Counted from the stretch's first letter, positions 9,702 through 19,719 are shown. The stretch is 64,000 nt of DNA from an uncultured Bacteroidales bacterium (GCA_937901455.1 CALDIA010000144.1:10504-74503); one strand, 5' to 3'. The notes: generated by a model not told the origin, from the letters alone. Numbers and translations: made by a program.

Positions 9702-10765
9702 TGAATACCAAAGTCTATGATGGAGTGGGGGTTATGTCAGGCACTTCACTTGACGGACTCGATTTGGCTTGGTGCTCGTTCCAAGAAGGGAAAAACGGAC
9801 AATGGCAATACGAAATCCTAAAGGCTGACACCATACCATATACATCTGCATGGCGCCAGAAATTACGGGATGCCATGAACATGAATGCTTACGATTATGC
9901 ATTGTTAGACGTGCGATTCGGAACATTTATCGGAGAAACCATCCGGAAATGGCTTGGTGATGACGCCAAACCACAGTTCATTGCCTCTCATGGACACACC
10001 GTCTTTCATAGACCCGAGTTGCACTTGACAGCTCAAATTGGCAGTGGCGCAGCCATCACCGCTGTCTCAGGAATACAAACCATTTGCGATTTCCGCACTA
10101 CAGACGTCGCACTTGGAGGACAAGGGGCCCCACTGGTGCCTATTGGCGATGAACTGCTCTTCGGTAAATATGATGCATGCCTTAATTTAGGCGGAATTGC
10201 CAACATTTCTTTCCGTTATGATGACAAACGAATCTCTTTTGATATCTGTCCCTGCAATATACCCCTCAATGCCATTGCTATGCTGTTAGGTCTGCCCTTT
10301 GACAAAAACGGACAACACGCAAGGAAGGGTTCCCTGATACATTCCCTGTTCGATAAGCTTGAAACACTTCCTTACTACCAAAACCCTCCGCCTAAGTCCT
10401 TGGGCCGTGAGTGGGTGGAATCTTCCTTCAACCCACAAATAGCCCCCTTTGTCGATAGCTATGCCCCTGATCATATTTTGCATACAATTACTCAACATAT
10501 TGCCACGCGTATCTCTGATGCTATCCCCGAACATGCCAAAACAGTACTCATAACCGGCGGCGGAGCGCTGAATAATTTTCTGATTGAACGCCTCCAAGCA
10601 CTCACTGCTTCTCAAGTAATTGTTCCTGAAGTTCATGTAGTACAATATAAAGAAGCCCTTGTCTTTGCCTTTCTTGGACTTCTAAGAATCTTAAATAGAG
10701 ATAATTGCCTCAAAAGTGTGACTGGCGCCTCAAGAGATAATTGCGGGGGAGCCATCTATTTATGA
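9698..10765 (+). CDS. anmK: Anhydro-N-acetylmuramic acid kinase
   Basis: GVMSGTSLDGLD N-terminal motif and ALGGQGAPLVP. It overlaps murF by 4 nt (ATGA). Confidence 0.85.
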   Translation: MMNTKVYDGVGVMSGTSLDGLDLAWCSFQEGKNGQWQYEILKADTIPYTSAWRQKLRDAMNMNAYDYALLDVRFGTFIGETIRKWLGDDAKPQFIASHGHTVFHRPELHLTAQIGSGAAITAVSGIQTICDFRTTDVALGGQGAPLVPIGDELLFGKYDACLNLGGIANISFRYDDKRISFDICPCNIPLNAIAMLLGLPFDKNGQHARKGSLIHSLFDKLETLPYYQNPPPKSLGREWVESSFNPQIAPFVDSYAPDHILHTITQHIATRISDAIPEHAKTVLITGGGALNNFLIERLQALTASQVIVPEVHVVQYKEALVFAFLGLLRILNRDNCLKSVTGASRDNCGGAIYL

Positions 10766-10811
10766 ACAGAAAAAAAAATTTAAACATATTTTTTTGTTAG
10801 AAATAAAATAT

Positions 10812-10819
10812 TATTTTTG
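10812..10819 (+). promoter_or_regulatory. -7 box TATTTTTG for the tonB-like gene
   Basis: Motif lies 48 nt upstream of ATG 10867. Confidence 0.45.
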
Positions 10820-10866
10820 CAGTTCCGTTTACATTAATGAAAGTAACCTTATAAAATACTGCTGCT

Positions 10867-11556
10867 ATGATAGCAAAAAAGACAGACAAAGGAAATTTGG
10901 AGAATAAGAGAACTCTCTTTATTCTCATTGGCTTGGTGGCTGTTTTGTGTTTAGTTTATGCTGGCTTCGAGTTATTCGCCAGCGAACCTAAAGCCGCCAG
11001 TTTTGTTGCCCCAGAAGATGACTTTATCGAAGTTACCGATGATGATGTCATTGCAACAGACCAAACACCTCCTCCTCCTCCTCCTGCCCCCCAAACCCAG
11101 ACAGAGGTGATTATTAATATTGTGGATAACGCTACTGACGTGGATATGGACTTTGACTTTAGCGTTGAAATGGATGAAAACGAAGTCATCGATGAGCTTC
11201 CCGACTTGGAAGTTGAGGTTCTCCAAGATGAACCAGAAGAGGTTGCCCCTGTCCGTTTCACCGAAGAAATGCCTGAGTACCCCGGTGGTATGGATGCCTT
11301 GAATCTTTTCCTTAAGAATGAGATTCAATATCCTCAAATGGCTCGTGACAACAATATCCAAGGTATTGTGCTCATTGAGTTCGTGGTTGAGAAGGATGGA
11401 CGTGTTACCAATGCCAAGGTTATCAACTCCCTCTTCCCAGATTGTGACAAGGAAGCTATCCGTGGCGTCCTCGCCATGCCTAAGTGGAAACCGGGCAAGA
11501 ACAATGGTAAAGCTGTACGTTGCTACTATCGTTTGCCTGTGCGTTTCACAATGTAA
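10867..11556 (+). CDS. TonB-family energy transducer
   Basis: N-terminal membrane anchor, PPPPPPAPQ linker and an acidic stretch. The C-terminal TonB domain reads YPQMARDNNIQGIVLIEFVVEKDGRV. Confidence 0.85.
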   Translation: MIAKKTDKGNLENKRTLFILIGLVAVLCLVYAGFELFASEPKAASFVAPEDDFIEVTDDDVIATDQTPPPPPPAPQTQTEVIINIVDNATDVDMDFDFSVEMDENEVIDELPDLEVEVLQDEPEEVAPVRFTEEMPEYPGGMDALNLFLKNEIQYPQMARDNNIQGIVLIEFVVEKDGRVTNAKVINSLFPDCDKEAIRGVLAMPKWKPGKNNGKAVRCYYRLPVRFTM

Positions 11557-11584
11557 GCATCTTTCTTAGGATGTAGAACTATTA

Positions 11585-11616
11585 AGAGGGCTACTTTTTG
11601 TAGCCCTCTTTTTTAT
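11585..11616 (+). terminator. Rho-independent terminator after the tonB-like gene
   Basis: 10-bp perfect stem AGAGGGCTAC/GTAGCCCTCT, a 5-nt loop, then T6. It overlaps the last codons of the convergent gene 11591..12127. Confidence 0.75.
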
Positions 11617-12127
11617 TCCGCTGTTCTAAGTAATTCTGTATTGTGGAGATGAACTTGCACTGCGCTTTATGACCATCCCCAAAGGATTGGCAATGTTTAT
11701 AGAGTTCGTGCAACATGGCTGGAGAGATAAGCGCCAGCTGTTTCCATACCCATACAGGCTTTGGCAGGCCTTGAGTGTAAGAATCGTCAGCTTCATAAAG
11801 ATATGCTTCAATTTCAAACGGATTAATGAAATAGGCTGCCCTGTGCCCATAGTGCCAAGGTCGCCCCCTTAGATAATACCAAAAGTATCTTGCATAATAA
11901 CATAGCCAAGAATTGTGTGTGGCAACGGCTTGGCAAAGATGAATCCTTTCATGCTGGTATAGGATTTTGTACGCTACGGAGTCTTTGTGTAGCTGCCATT
12001 GCGTATAGTGGGGTTCCCTCATCAAGATGTTCCCCCAAAGGGTGATGGCAGCATATCCTTTTGGAGGCAGCCACCTGCTGGAACGCACGGGCATAGATGC
12101 ATACTTGTTCGGTCTCCGAATCATCAT
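11591..12127 (-). CDS. Hypothetical protein with an HExxH motif (possible small metallopeptidase-like protein)
   Basis: Track ORF with HERIH at YQHERIHLCQ. No family recognised. Confidence 0.5.
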   Translation of the reverse strand: MMIRRPNKYASMPVRSSRWLPPKGYAAITLWGNILMREPHYTQWQLHKDSVAYKILYQHERIHLCQAVATHNSWLCYYARYFWYYLRGRPWHYGHRAAYFINPFEIEAYLYEADDSYTQGLPKPVWVWKQLALISPAMLHELYKHCQSFGDGHKAQCKFISTIQNYLEQRNKKEGYKK

Positions 12128-12139
12128 TTTGACTACTTA

Positions 12140-12892
12140 TTACAACAGATTTTTTCCAACTATTTCAGCAAAGCGATCAAAATCATCAGGATAAGTGATT
12201 TTGATATTGCGAGGATCTCCAGATGCGATGAAGATGGGTACTTCGGGCATATAACTCAATACTATACCGCAGTCGTCACTAGCCACGATGGAACCACTTG
12301 CTATGGCACGGCGGTATGCTTCCCGTATAATGGGCAACTGAAAACCTTGTGGTGTCTGTGCAGCCATCAGAAGGCTGCGATCCGGGATGCACGCTATGTG
12401 TCGGCCATCTTGCGTTTTCTGCAGAATAGTGTCCGTGGCAGGCACAGCCACTGTGACGGCCTGATGCTCTTGTAGCGCCATGATTACGTTGGTGATGACA
12501 GTCTCAGACACGAGAGGCCTTGCCGCATCGTGAAACAATAGATTACAAGATGGTGCGTCCATTCCTGTTTCAAAAATTTGAAGGGCGGCCAACGAGGAAA
12601 GGTATCGCTCTTTGCCACCCGTGACAATATGCCGCACTTTTTGCCTCCCGAGTTGGGCGCATCGCTTTTTAACCCCATCTTCATAACCTGCGGCCACAAC
12701 AAGAACTATCTCATCAATGTGCTCGTGTCGTTCGAAAGCATCGATAGTGTAGTCTAAAACACTTTTGTGCCCAATTTTGATATGTTGCTTCGGGATGTCA
12801 CTTCCGAACCGTACTCCGGCCCCTCCAGCCAATATCACAGCTATGTTTTTGGCAACTTTTCGGGATGCTTGCTCCTTTGGATTATTAATCAT
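12140..12892 (-). CDS. ispD: 2-C-methyl-D-erythritol 4-phosphate cytidylyltransferase family protein
   Basis: Motifs AVILAGGAGVRFG..PKQ, HDAARPL and QTPQGF. Start trimmed to ATG 12892 because a -7 box lies at 12915..12922, inside the extended track ORF. Confidence 0.8.
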   Translation of the reverse strand: MINNPKEQASRKVAKNIAVILAGGAGVRFGSDIPKQHIKIGHKSVLDYTIDAFERHEHIDEIVLVVAAGYEDGVKKRCAQLGRQKVRHIVTGGKERYLSSLAALQIFETGMDAPSCNLLFHDAARPLVSETVITNVIMALQEHQAVTVAVPATDTILQKTQDGRHIACIPDRSLLMAAQTPQGFQLPIIREAYRRAIASGSIVASDDCGIVLSYMPEVPIFIASGDPRNIKITYPDDFDRFAEIVGKNLL

Positions 12893-12914
12893 CGGATATG
12901 CTTTTTTGAAAGTG

Positions 12915-12922
12915 CAAATGTA
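12915..12922 (-). promoter_or_regulatory. -7 box TACATTTG for ispD
   Basis: Motif lies 23 nt upstream of ATG 12892. Confidence 0.45.
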
Positions 12923-13005
12923 CAACAAAAATGCCATTGTTGCCATCCTTCTTTGGAAAACGCATTTTGAGAAGACTGAAAAACACAAATGAAAGAAGAA
13001 AATTG

Positions 13006-13013
13006 TATTTTTG
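13006..13013 (+). promoter_or_regulatory. -7 box TATTTTTG for smpB
   Basis: Motif lies 16 nt upstream of ATG 13029 and overlaps the track's TTG start at 13011. Confidence 0.5.
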
Positions 13014-13028
13014 CATCACTTTTTTATT

Positions 13029-13490
13029 ATGGCAAAAAACACGTCCAATACTCAAATAGCTATTAAGAACCGCAAAGCGGAGTACCAATATTTTTTGATG
13101 ACTTCGTTTACGGCTGGCATCGTGCTCACTGGCACGGAAATAAAATCCATCAGAGCAGGGAAAGCTAATATTACCGACTCCTATTGCTCGTTCATCAATA
13201 ATGAATTATGGGTGCACAATATGCACGTTAGCGAGTATTCTCATGGCAGTTATAATAATCATCAGCCTAAACGTGATCGAAAACTTTTGCTGAATAAAAA
13301 GGAACTTGGAAAATTGATGAGCAAACTCAATGAACGAGGCTACACTATTATTCCTACCTTATTGTGGATTAATGAAAACGGTTATGCTAAACTCGACATC
13401 TCACTGGCCAAGGGTAAGAAACTATACGATAAGCGCGAAAGTATAAAGGAAAAAGATGAACGGCGCCGCAAACAACACGAAGATGAATAA
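13029..13490 (+). CDS. smpB: SsrA-binding protein SmpB
   Basis: [11 protein letters not shown]...[13 protein letters not shown]...[19 protein letters not shown] is canonical SmpB. Start set at MAKNTS. Confidence 0.9.
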   Translation: MAKNTSNTQIAIKNRKAEYQYFLMTSFTAGIVLTGTEIKSIRAGKANITDSYCSFINNELWVHNMHVSEYSHGSYNNHQPKRDRKLLLNKKELGKLMSKLNERGYTIIPTLLWINENGYAKLDISLAKGKKLYDKRESIKEKDERRRKQHEDE

Positions 13491-13866
13491 TTCCATCGAA
13501 GATATTGACCAACAGATACCGCTTCCCGATTCATATTATGATGAAGACAGGCTTTTTTATAGTATCGGAGAAACGGCCAAGATATTTCATGTGCCTGTTT
13601 CAACTATCCGTTTTTGGTCCAATGAGTTTTCTAAATTTGTGAAACCCAGAACCAATAAAAAAGGGAATCGATATTTTTCCAAGAACGACATTTCAATTCT
13701 GCAGACAATCTACTACTTAACCAAAGTGAAGGGCTATACCCTACAAGGCGCGAAGGATGCCATGCAGCATAATTTCATTCAAGAAGCTGACAATGCTGCC
13801 ATCGTTGCCACTTTGACAGAAATCAAAGAGACGTTGCTGTCGTTTTTGAAAGAACTGGATCGGTAA
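13483..13866 (+). CDS. MerR-family transcriptional regulator
   Basis: [30 protein letters not shown] 13483 overlaps the smpB stop by 8 nt. The start is uncertain (13456 or 13483). Confidence 0.7.
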   Translation: MNNSIEDIDQQIPLPDSYYDEDRLFYSIGETAKIFHVPVSTIRFWSNEFSKFVKPRTNKKGNRYFSKNDISILQTIYYLTKVKGYTLQGAKDAMQHNFIQEADNAAIVATLTEIKETLLSFLKELDR

Positions 13867-13871
13867 AACTC

Positions 13872-14453
13872 CTATTTGGTGTGGTTTTCCAAAAAGGCCA
13901 CTAATTTCTGCATAGCCCGTCCTCGGTGACTGATGCTGTTCTTCAAGGACGCATCCATCTCGGCAAAGGTTTCCTCAAAACCATCAGGCTTGAATATCGG
14001 ATCATACCCGAATCCTTCATAGCCTTGCGGTTCTGTAAGAATTTCGCCATCCACACGTCCTTCAAATAAATACTCCTCGCCATCTAATATCAAGGCTACG
14101 ACGGTTTTAAAGCAAGCCTTCCGGTTCTGTAGCCCCGCCATCTCCCGCAAAACCTTTTGCACATTGTCGGAGTACGAGCAACCCTCTCCTGCATAGCGAG
14201 CAGAGTAAACGCCTGGTTTGCCACCTAAAGCCTCTATCTCAAGCCCAGTGTCATCGGCAAAGCAATTGGCATGAAAGCGCTCCTTTACAAAGCGAGCTTT
14301 CTGTAGGGCATTGCCTGTTAATGTGTCTGATGTTTCTGGGATTTCCCCGACAAAACCGATGTCCGACAAGCCTTGAAGTTCCCATTTCGGGCCGAGGATG
14401 TCGGCAGCCTCGCTTTTTTTATGCTTGTTGTGTGTGGCAAAAATGATCTTCAT
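13872..14453 (-). CDS. rdgB: Non-canonical purine NTP pyrophosphatase (RdgB/HAM1 family)
   Basis: KIIFATHNKHKKSE, DDTGLEIEALGGKPGVYSARY, FGYDPIF and SHRGRA motifs. Confidence 0.9.
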   Translation of the reverse strand: MKIIFATHNKHKKSEAADILGPKWELQGLSDIGFVGEIPETSDTLTGNALQKARFVKERFHANCFADDTGLEIEALGGKPGVYSARYAGEGCSYSDNVQKVLREMAGLQNRKACFKTVVALILDGEEYLFEGRVDGEILTEPQGYEGFGYDPIFKPDGFEETFAEMDASLKNSISHRGRAMQKLVAFLENHTK

Positions 14454-14467
14454 ATACTAAAAAACAG

Positions 14468-14495
14468 AAAAAGATGACATAAGGGTTATGTCATC
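14468..14495 (-). terminator. Rho-independent terminator after rpmF
   Basis: 10-bp perfect stem GATGACATAA/TTATGTCATC, a 3-nt loop, then T5 on the minus strand. Confidence 0.75.
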
Positions 14496-14525
14496 AGTCT
14501 TTCTTTAAAAAATGTTAATAAGAGT

Positions 14526-14714
14526 TTATTGGGCTGCGCCGCTAACCTCTATGGCTTGTTTTCCTCTGTAATAGCCGCATTCTGGGCATATACGGTGAGT
14601 TAGAATAGGTGCGCCACAATGGCTGCAAGTGGTCAACTGAGGAGCAGTGATAAAATCATGAGCTCTTCTCTTATCTCTTCTCATTGCTGAGTGTCTTCTT
14701 TTTGGATTAGGCAT
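14526..14714 (-). CDS. rpmF: 50S ribosomal protein L32
   Basis: MPNPKRRHSAMRRDKRRAH plus CxxC...CxxC. Confidence 0.95.
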   Translation of the reverse strand: MPNPKRRHSAMRRDKRRAHDFITAPQLTTCSHCGAPILTHRICPECGYYRGKQAIEVSGAAQ

Positions 14715-14736
14715 AATTATTAATTTTTATAGTTTT

Positions 14737-15294
14737 TTAATCTTCTAATTTCAAATTTTTTAAAGCTTCCCATCGAGGGTCAACAGGCTTCTCTTCTTTG
14801 GCAACGGCCATGTTGTCCAATATGGCCATCACCGATGGGTCACACGTGGGATTCCCATCTTGGTCGTCCTCATGAACCACACGGTGCGGCAATGCCAATA
14901 CGATTGTCTCATATACATAGTGGAACAAGTCCAACTCGTAGGTGTTCTCGTCCATCACCCACATGTCATCGTCATTCTCGTTCTCACCATCCTCAACTAT
15001 GGGAACTAACTTGACAATCAAATGGGATTTGAACGCCATTGGAATGTTGACGGGTAACAGACAACGGTCGCAAGTCATAACCACATCGCCAGAAAAATCA
15101 AACGAAAGGTCAACTAATTTCTCGTGTCTGACCATCTCAATCCGCAAATTCAACAATCCGTCTTGTATCTCGGATAACTCGGCCAATTCAAAGAACTCTT
15201 TGTTGCAATTAACTGAAAAACAATATTTTCCATCCTCAATTCCAGACAAGCGAAGCTTGAATTCTTCCCGTATTTGTCTTTCTGTCATTGCCAT
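14737..15294 (-). CDS. YceD/DUF177 family protein
   Basis: Acidic ~185-aa protein with CDRCL, immediately upstream of rpmF, as is conserved in bacteria. Confidence 0.8.
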   Translation of the reverse strand: MAMTERQIREEFKLRLSGIEDGKYCFSVNCNKEFFELAELSEIQDGLLNLRIEMVRHEKLVDLSFDFSGDVVMTCDRCLLPVNIPMAFKSHLIVKLVPIVEDGENENDDDMWVMDENTYELDLFHYVYETIVLALPHRVVHEDDQDGNPTCDPSVMAILDNMAVAKEEKPVDPRWEALKNLKLED

Positions 15295-15307
15295 AATTTT
15301 TGGGGTG

Positions 15308-15315
15308 CAAATATA
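15308..15315 (-). promoter_or_regulatory. -7 box TATATTTG for the yceD-rpmF operon
   Basis: Motif lies 13 nt upstream of ATG 15294, which implies a very short leader. Confidence 0.4.
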
Positions 15316-15410
15316 ATTTTTTTTTGGTTTAAAATCACATACTTAACAAATATTATTTTCAACAACTTTTAGTATGTTCAATAGCCTATTGCTTCTTGTA
15401 TTCTTTTTTG

Positions 15411-15418
15411 TATTTTTG
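15411..15418 (+). promoter_or_regulatory. -7 box TATTTTTG for the GtrA-like gene
   Basis: Motif lies 15 nt upstream of ATG 15433. Confidence 0.45.
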
Positions 15419-15432
15419 CCGACCTATATATT

Positions 15433-15933
15433 ATGTTAGATATCCGAGCCCATATTAAACGTTTTTTTGAGCCTCAATTTATTCGCTTTCTCTTTACAGC
15501 GGCGTTGAATACAGCGGTTGGTTGGTGTGTTTTTGCAATCCTGCGTTATCTGTTCGGACTGATTCCCAATGTGGACGCTCTCTTTTGGGCAAATTTCTTC
15601 GGTACAATCTTCAGCGTGCTGTTCAACTTCCGGACCTATGGGGCTTTGGTTTTCCGTAATCGTAACTTTAACCTGATCTTCAGATTTATTCTGGTCTATT
15701 CGGTGACATTCTTCTGCAACTATTTTCTGATTCGGTTGTTCAAGGATAGATGGGCTGTTAACAACTATATCGCGGCTGCGATAGTGGCAGTGCCTATCGG
15801 TTTTCTGAACTATTTTCTGAACAGATTCTTTACCTATATAAAAGAAAAGAAAGCATGGCACTATATTTTTTTGGGTGTCATACTTTTAGCTGAAATAGCA
15901 TTGTTCATAGCGTTAAAATACTACCGGGGGTAG
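15433..15933 (+). CDS. GtrA-family membrane protein
   Basis: Small protein with about four TM segments in a GtrA-like pattern (FIRFLFTAALNTAVGW...). Confidence 0.7.
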   Translation: MLDIRAHIKRFFEPQFIRFLFTAALNTAVGWCVFAILRYLFGLIPNVDALFWANFFGTIFSVLFNFRTYGALVFRNRNFNLIFRFILVYSVTFFCNYFLIRLFKDRWAVNNYIAAAIVAVPIGFLNYFLNRFFTYIKEKKAWHYIFLGVILLAEIALFIALKYYRG

Positions 15934-15938
15934 TTGCT

Positions 15939-16460
15939 TTACGCAAGGTAAATGTCAATCAACCCTTCAGGTGTATCGATAAAAAGCGTTTTCTGAGGCT
16001 TGTCCACCATCGTGACAAATTGTTGCGAAGCAGGAATAAGAACTTCTTGCCCGTCATGGTCGATCTGCATAACGGGGTTGTTGGCCAACTCAAGGAAGCC
16101 TGTGCAGGTGCCGATCTTTCCATATTGTTTGTCAACGACCTGAAAGCCAACGACCTCGTGAAAATAGAATCGGTTACCTTCCAAAGGCGGGAGTTCGCTT
16201 AAAGGGAGATATAGTTCCGCTTGTATAAGATCCTTTGCGGCCTCAGCGTCTATATCTTGGAACTGGATGATGAACTGGTTGCGTCCGCGATATTGTATTT
16301 TCTCAATTTGGTAGGGTATCAGTTCCCCTCCCAGATCAATGAAGACCGCAGTCAGATTCTCGTACTTCTCGGGATTGTCGGTATCAAAAAAGGCACACAA
16401 ACCACCTTTTAATCCGAAAGGTTTGGTCAGTGTGCCTAGATAGAAGTAATCGCTGTTCAT
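15939..16460 (-). CDS. rimM: 16S rRNA processing protein RimM
   Basis: YLGTLTKPFGLKGGL and the PRC-barrel C-terminus. It overlaps rpsP by 1 nt (TAATG). Confidence 0.9.
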   Translation of the reverse strand: MNSDYFYLGTLTKPFGLKGGLCAFFDTDNPEKYENLTAVFIDLGGELIPYQIEKIQYRGRNQFIIQFQDIDAEAAKDLIQAELYLPLSELPPLEGNRFYFHEVVGFQVVDKQYGKIGTCTGFLELANNPVMQIDHDGQEVLIPASQQFVTMVDKPQKTLFIDTPEGLIDIYLA

Positions 16461-17041
16461 TATGCTTCAGGAGTAGCTTCTTCAGGAGTCTCCTCCACGG
16501 GTGCTTCGGCTTCTGCCACCACTTCTTCAGCGGCTGCAGCTGCGGCTTCTTCCTCAGCTTTCTTAGCGGCTTCTGCGGCAATCTCTGCGTTGCGGGCAGC
16601 AATCTTGGCCGACATGGCTTCTTTCACTTTCGTTTCAGCAGCCAAACGCTCTTTGCGAAGATTACGGGCAGCCTCAGCGTCTTGACGAACGATATTGTTC
16701 AACTTGCTGGCCTTCTCCTCTTTCCACTGGTTGAATTTTGATTCAGCCTGAGCCTCAGAGATGGCACCCTTGGCGATACCGCCACGAAGGTGTTTCATCA
16801 AATAGACACCCTCTCTCTTAAGAATCGCACGGGCAGTGTCTGAAGGGGTGGCGCCAGTCTCTAACCAATACAGCGCACGGTCAAAATTAATGTTGATGGT
16901 TGCAGGATTGGTCAGTGGGTTGTAGGTGCCCAGATCTTCAATAAAACGTCCGTCACGTGGTGCACGACCATCCGCAATTACAAGGTGATAAAAAGGTTGG
17001 TTCTTTTTACCTCTTCTCTGTAATCTGATTCTTGTTGCCAT
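16460..17041 (-). CDS. rpsP: 30S ribosomal protein S16 with an Ala/Glu-rich C-terminal extension
   Basis: [35 protein letters not shown]. The tail [19 protein letters not shown] resembles the Bacteroidota long form. Confidence 0.95.
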   Translation of the reverse strand: MATRIRLQRRGKKNQPFYHLVIADGRAPRDGRFIEDLGTYNPLTNPATININFDRALYWLETGATPSDTARAILKREGVYLMKHLRGGIAKGAISEAQAESKFNQWKEEKASKLNNIVRQDAEAARNLRKERLAAETKVKEAMSAKIAARNAEIAAEAAKKAEEEAAAAAAEEVVAEAEAPVEETPEEATPEA

Positions 17042-17076
17042 AATTTATTGATATTTGTGTTATAAAATTTGGACGG

Positions 17077-17084
17077 CAAAAATA
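17077..17084 (-). promoter_or_regulatory. -7 box TATTTTTG for rpsP-rimM
   Basis: Motif lies 36 nt upstream of ATG 17041. It is part of a 22-nt element identical to the one upstream of rpmE2. Confidence 0.55.
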
Positions 17085-17163
17085 ATATTTTTTTACGTTC
17101 TGCCAACAGCAAAACGTATTTTTATTTTACAAATATAAAAACCAACAAAGTATTTGTGAAAAT

Positions 17164-18111
17164 CTATTCCTCAGATGGTAGCGCTTTAAATCCCTCGCCC
17201 ATAATCTCTGCGCTGTCAATCAGATTGACAAATGCTGTGGGGTCAATTCGGTGGAGGTCGTCCTTTAATTTGATAAAATCGGATCGGTTTAAGGATACAT
17301 AAATCATGTTTCGCTCAGCACCGGCATACAACCCCTTGCCTACAAACAAGGTGCCTCCGCGTTTGAGATCCTGTATGATGTAGTTGCGCATTTTATCCAC
17401 TTCGTTGGTTACAATGAATGCTGTCTTGTATGTCTTGAATCCCTCTACGATCAGGTCGATGATTTTGCCTTCGATATAGATGAGCAAAATGGAGTAGATG
17501 GGCAGACGTATCTGTTTGAAGGCAATCAGTGTGGTCAAAGTGATTATGGAATCCACGACCATCACTAAAGTGCCCAAAGATATTTTCGTGTACTTGTGTA
17601 TAATCATGGAAATGATGTCGCTTCCCCCCGATGTCGCTCCGGAACGGAATATCAACCCGATGGCAATGCCGTAGATAATACCGGCAACGACCGTGTTAAG
17701 AAAATAGTCTGGCATGAAGAACAACTCACTGTGAGGAATCTGGACCATGTTCGGGAGTTGTTCCGCGGCAGGCACAATGCCTTCGTGAATGACCGGGTTA
17801 TAGCCCCAGAAGGTTTCTATCAGCCATGTGAATGCGAAAATCAGAATTGTTGACAGAATTGTCTTGAATCCGAATTTTGGCCCCAGGATCCAAGTCCCAA
17901 TCAGCAACAGCGGGATGTCCATGCAAATGGCATAGTAGCTGATTTTCCAGGGCCATACGGTGTTCAATACGTTCGACAGACCGTAGGTGCCACCAGGTGC
18001 CAAAAGGTACGGATTTACAAACATCACGTCGCCAACAGCAAAGAGAAAACTGCCAGCTACGAGCATTAAGTAGGCTATGATCACTTCCTTAGTTGAGTTT
18101 TTCTGTTTCAT
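17164..18111 (-). CDS. YitT-family membrane protein (with a DUF2179-type C-terminal domain)
   Basis: Polytopic N-terminal part plus a soluble C-terminal domain (GGTLFVGKGLYAGAERNMIYV). Confidence 0.75.
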   Translation of the reverse strand: MKQKNSTKEVIIAYLMLVAGSFLFAVGDVMFVNPYLLAPGGTYGLSNVLNTVWPWKISYYAICMDIPLLLIGTWILGPKFGFKTILSTILIFAFTWLIETFWGYNPVIHEGIVPAAEQLPNMVQIPHSELFFMPDYFLNTVVAGIIYGIAIGLIFRSGATSGGSDIISMIIHKYTKISLGTLVMVVDSIITLTTLIAFKQIRLPIYSILLIYIEGKIIDLIVEGFKTYKTAFIVTNEVDKMRNYIIQDLKRGGTLFVGKGLYAGAERNMIYVSLNRSDFIKLKDDLHRIDPTAFVNLIDSAEIMGEGFKALPSEE

Positions 18112-18136
18112 TTTATCATTAGCGAGTTTGAGGATG

Positions 18137-18144
18137 CAAAAGTA
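18137..18144 (-). promoter_or_regulatory. -7 box TACTTTTG for the YitT-family gene
   Basis: Motif lies 26 nt upstream of ATG 18111. Confidence 0.45.
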
Positions 18145-18241
18145 CGAAATTTCTTTGTTAGAAACTCCTGTGGGTTACGAGTGCCTATGTATTACATTGG
18201 CTCTGGGAATCCTCATGCATACAAACAGGTGGAGAGAAAGA

Positions 18242-19663
18242 TTACCGATTTATATTATCCCTATACAGTCCAAAACCATTCAATATCGGGCAAGCCATTG
18301 ACTTGTTAATTCTAATGCGTATCTGGTCGGTAGTGATATCTTTTGTGCAGAGAATTCTTTTGTAGCCTATTGTGGTGCCGTGGGCAATATTTTGCCACAC
18401 CCCATTATTGTCTTTTATGTCCACTTCAAAACTGCAAATCCTTTGCCCAAGTGGGATGTATTCTTGCAGGACGATTCGATTGAAGCATTGTTTGTTTTGT
18501 AGCTTTACGGTGATTATGGCCGTGGTGTCTTGATCTCTGGGAGCCCAGTATGAGTGGTAGTTTTTTTGTAGCATATTCTTGGCCGAGTACTTCTTGCCAA
18601 ATCCGCGCGTGTGGTCTGCCTGTATGGTGCCACCGAGAGCGAGGTTGTGTGCAAATATGCTGTCAAGGGCACTTCGAAATTCCATAAGACGTAGCGAATC
18701 CTTAGTCGCAATGCGACCGCGTGTGTCCGGTGGTACGTTCAATAGTAGTAAAGAGTTCCGCCCTACACTGTTGTAATAGATGTCGAGGAGTTGTCCTAAG
18801 CTTTTGGGATCCTCACTTTCACGGTAAAACCAACCATCGTGCAAAGATATATCAGTTTCGGCCGGAACCCAGCTATGCCCATCTGGTTCTCCAGTGTTGA
18901 GAGTCTCAATCTCAGGTGAATGTGACGGGGAGTACCCGTCTATGGTCATCATTGACCAGCAAGTCTCTCCAGCATGTCCCTCTTCATTGCCTACCCATCG
19001 GCAGCCTGGTCCGATGTTGCTAAACATGATTGCCTCAGGTTGCAGCGACAAGACTTTTTCGAAAAAGGATGGCCAGTTATATTCCTGCTTTTTTCCGTTG
19101 GGCCCTTCACCGCAGGCACCATCGAACCATTGTTCAAACACGGGTCCATAGTCAGACAGAGCGCTGTGCAGTGTTTGCAGGAATTTGTCGTTGTATTCTG
19201 GAGTGCCGTAGTGAGGGTCGTTTCTGTCCCAAGGGGATATGTAAATGCCGAATTTGATTTCTCCTTCAGCGCAAGCCTTAGACAATTCGCGGAGAATGTC
19301 GCCTTTGCCATTGCGCCAGCTACATTCCCTGACGGTGTGCTTACTTGCAGGATTGGGCCAAAGGCAGAATCCATCGTGATGTTTGGCAGTAAGGATGATC
19401 CCTTGGAATCCGGCTTTCTTTGCCGTTGCTACCCATTGTGAACAGTCCAGATCCGTGGGATTAAAGATGCCCTCGGGCTCTTGTCCCGTTCCCCATTCCA
19501 TTCCCGTGAAGGTGTTGGGCCCGAAATGTACGAACATATTCATTTCCATCTGCTGCCATTGAACCTGTTGGGGGGAAGGCGTGGGTCCGTATGGCTCGGG
19601 TGTGTGCATCTGGCATGAAGCGAGCAAAATGGATAGAAAAGCCAAGATGGTCACATGTTTCAT
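18242..19663 (-). CDS. Alpha-L-fucosidase (GH29) with a C-terminal beta-sandwich domain
   Basis: Signal peptide, FVHFGPNTF, AKHHDGFCLWP and FEQWFDGACGEG motifs. Confidence 0.85.
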   Translation of the reverse strand: MKHVTILAFLSILLASCQMHTPEPYGPTPSPQQVQWQQMEMNMFVHFGPNTFTGMEWGTGQEPEGIFNPTDLDCSQWVATAKKAGFQGIILTAKHHDGFCLWPNPASKHTVRECSWRNGKGDILRELSKACAEGEIKFGIYISPWDRNDPHYGTPEYNDKFLQTLHSALSDYGPVFEQWFDGACGEGPNGKKQEYNWPSFFEKVLSLQPEAIMFSNIGPGCRWVGNEEGHAGETCWSMMTIDGYSPSHSPEIETLNTGEPDGHSWVPAETDISLHDGWFYRESEDPKSLGQLLDIYYNSVGRNSLLLLNVPPDTRGRIATKDSLRLMEFRSALDSIFAHNLALGGTIQADHTRGFGKKYSAKNMLQKNYHSYWAPRDQDTTAIITVKLQNKQCFNRIVLQEYIPLGQRICSFEVDIKDNNGVWQNIAHGTTIGYKRILCTKDITTDQIRIRINKSMACPILNGFGLYRDNINR

Positions 19664-19690
19664 ATCGTTTGATTTAAAGGTGCATATAAT

Positions 19691-19719
19691 AAAAGATGAC
19701 GCATTTTGCGTGCGTCATC
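19691..19719 (-). terminator. Terminator hairpin downstream of tRNA-Gln
   Basis: 9-bp stem GATGACGCA/TGCGTCATC with a 7-nt loop. It is flanked by A4 and T5, so it could act in either direction. Confidence 0.65.

Noticed and set aside
12893-12988. N-terminal extensions offered by the track for many genes (ispD to 12988, azlC to 24324, the FAD enzyme to 26061, the SRD5A-like gene to 26794, murF-alr to 36892, the amidase to 43668, rpmE2 from 36920, lon from 37279, proS from 49738, the OmpA gene from 51845)
   Set aside because: The extensions run through -7 promoter boxes or the preceding gene. They lack homology to family N-termini. They disappear when the start is placed at the ATG that gives a proper signal peptide or a conserved N-terminus.
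14473-19719. Two terminator hairpins sharing the stem start GATGAC...GTCATC (14473..14495 and 19695..19719) as a possible repeat family
   Set aside because: Only 6 nt of each arm are shared, and the loops and remaining stem differ. With two occurrences this is most simply coincidence.
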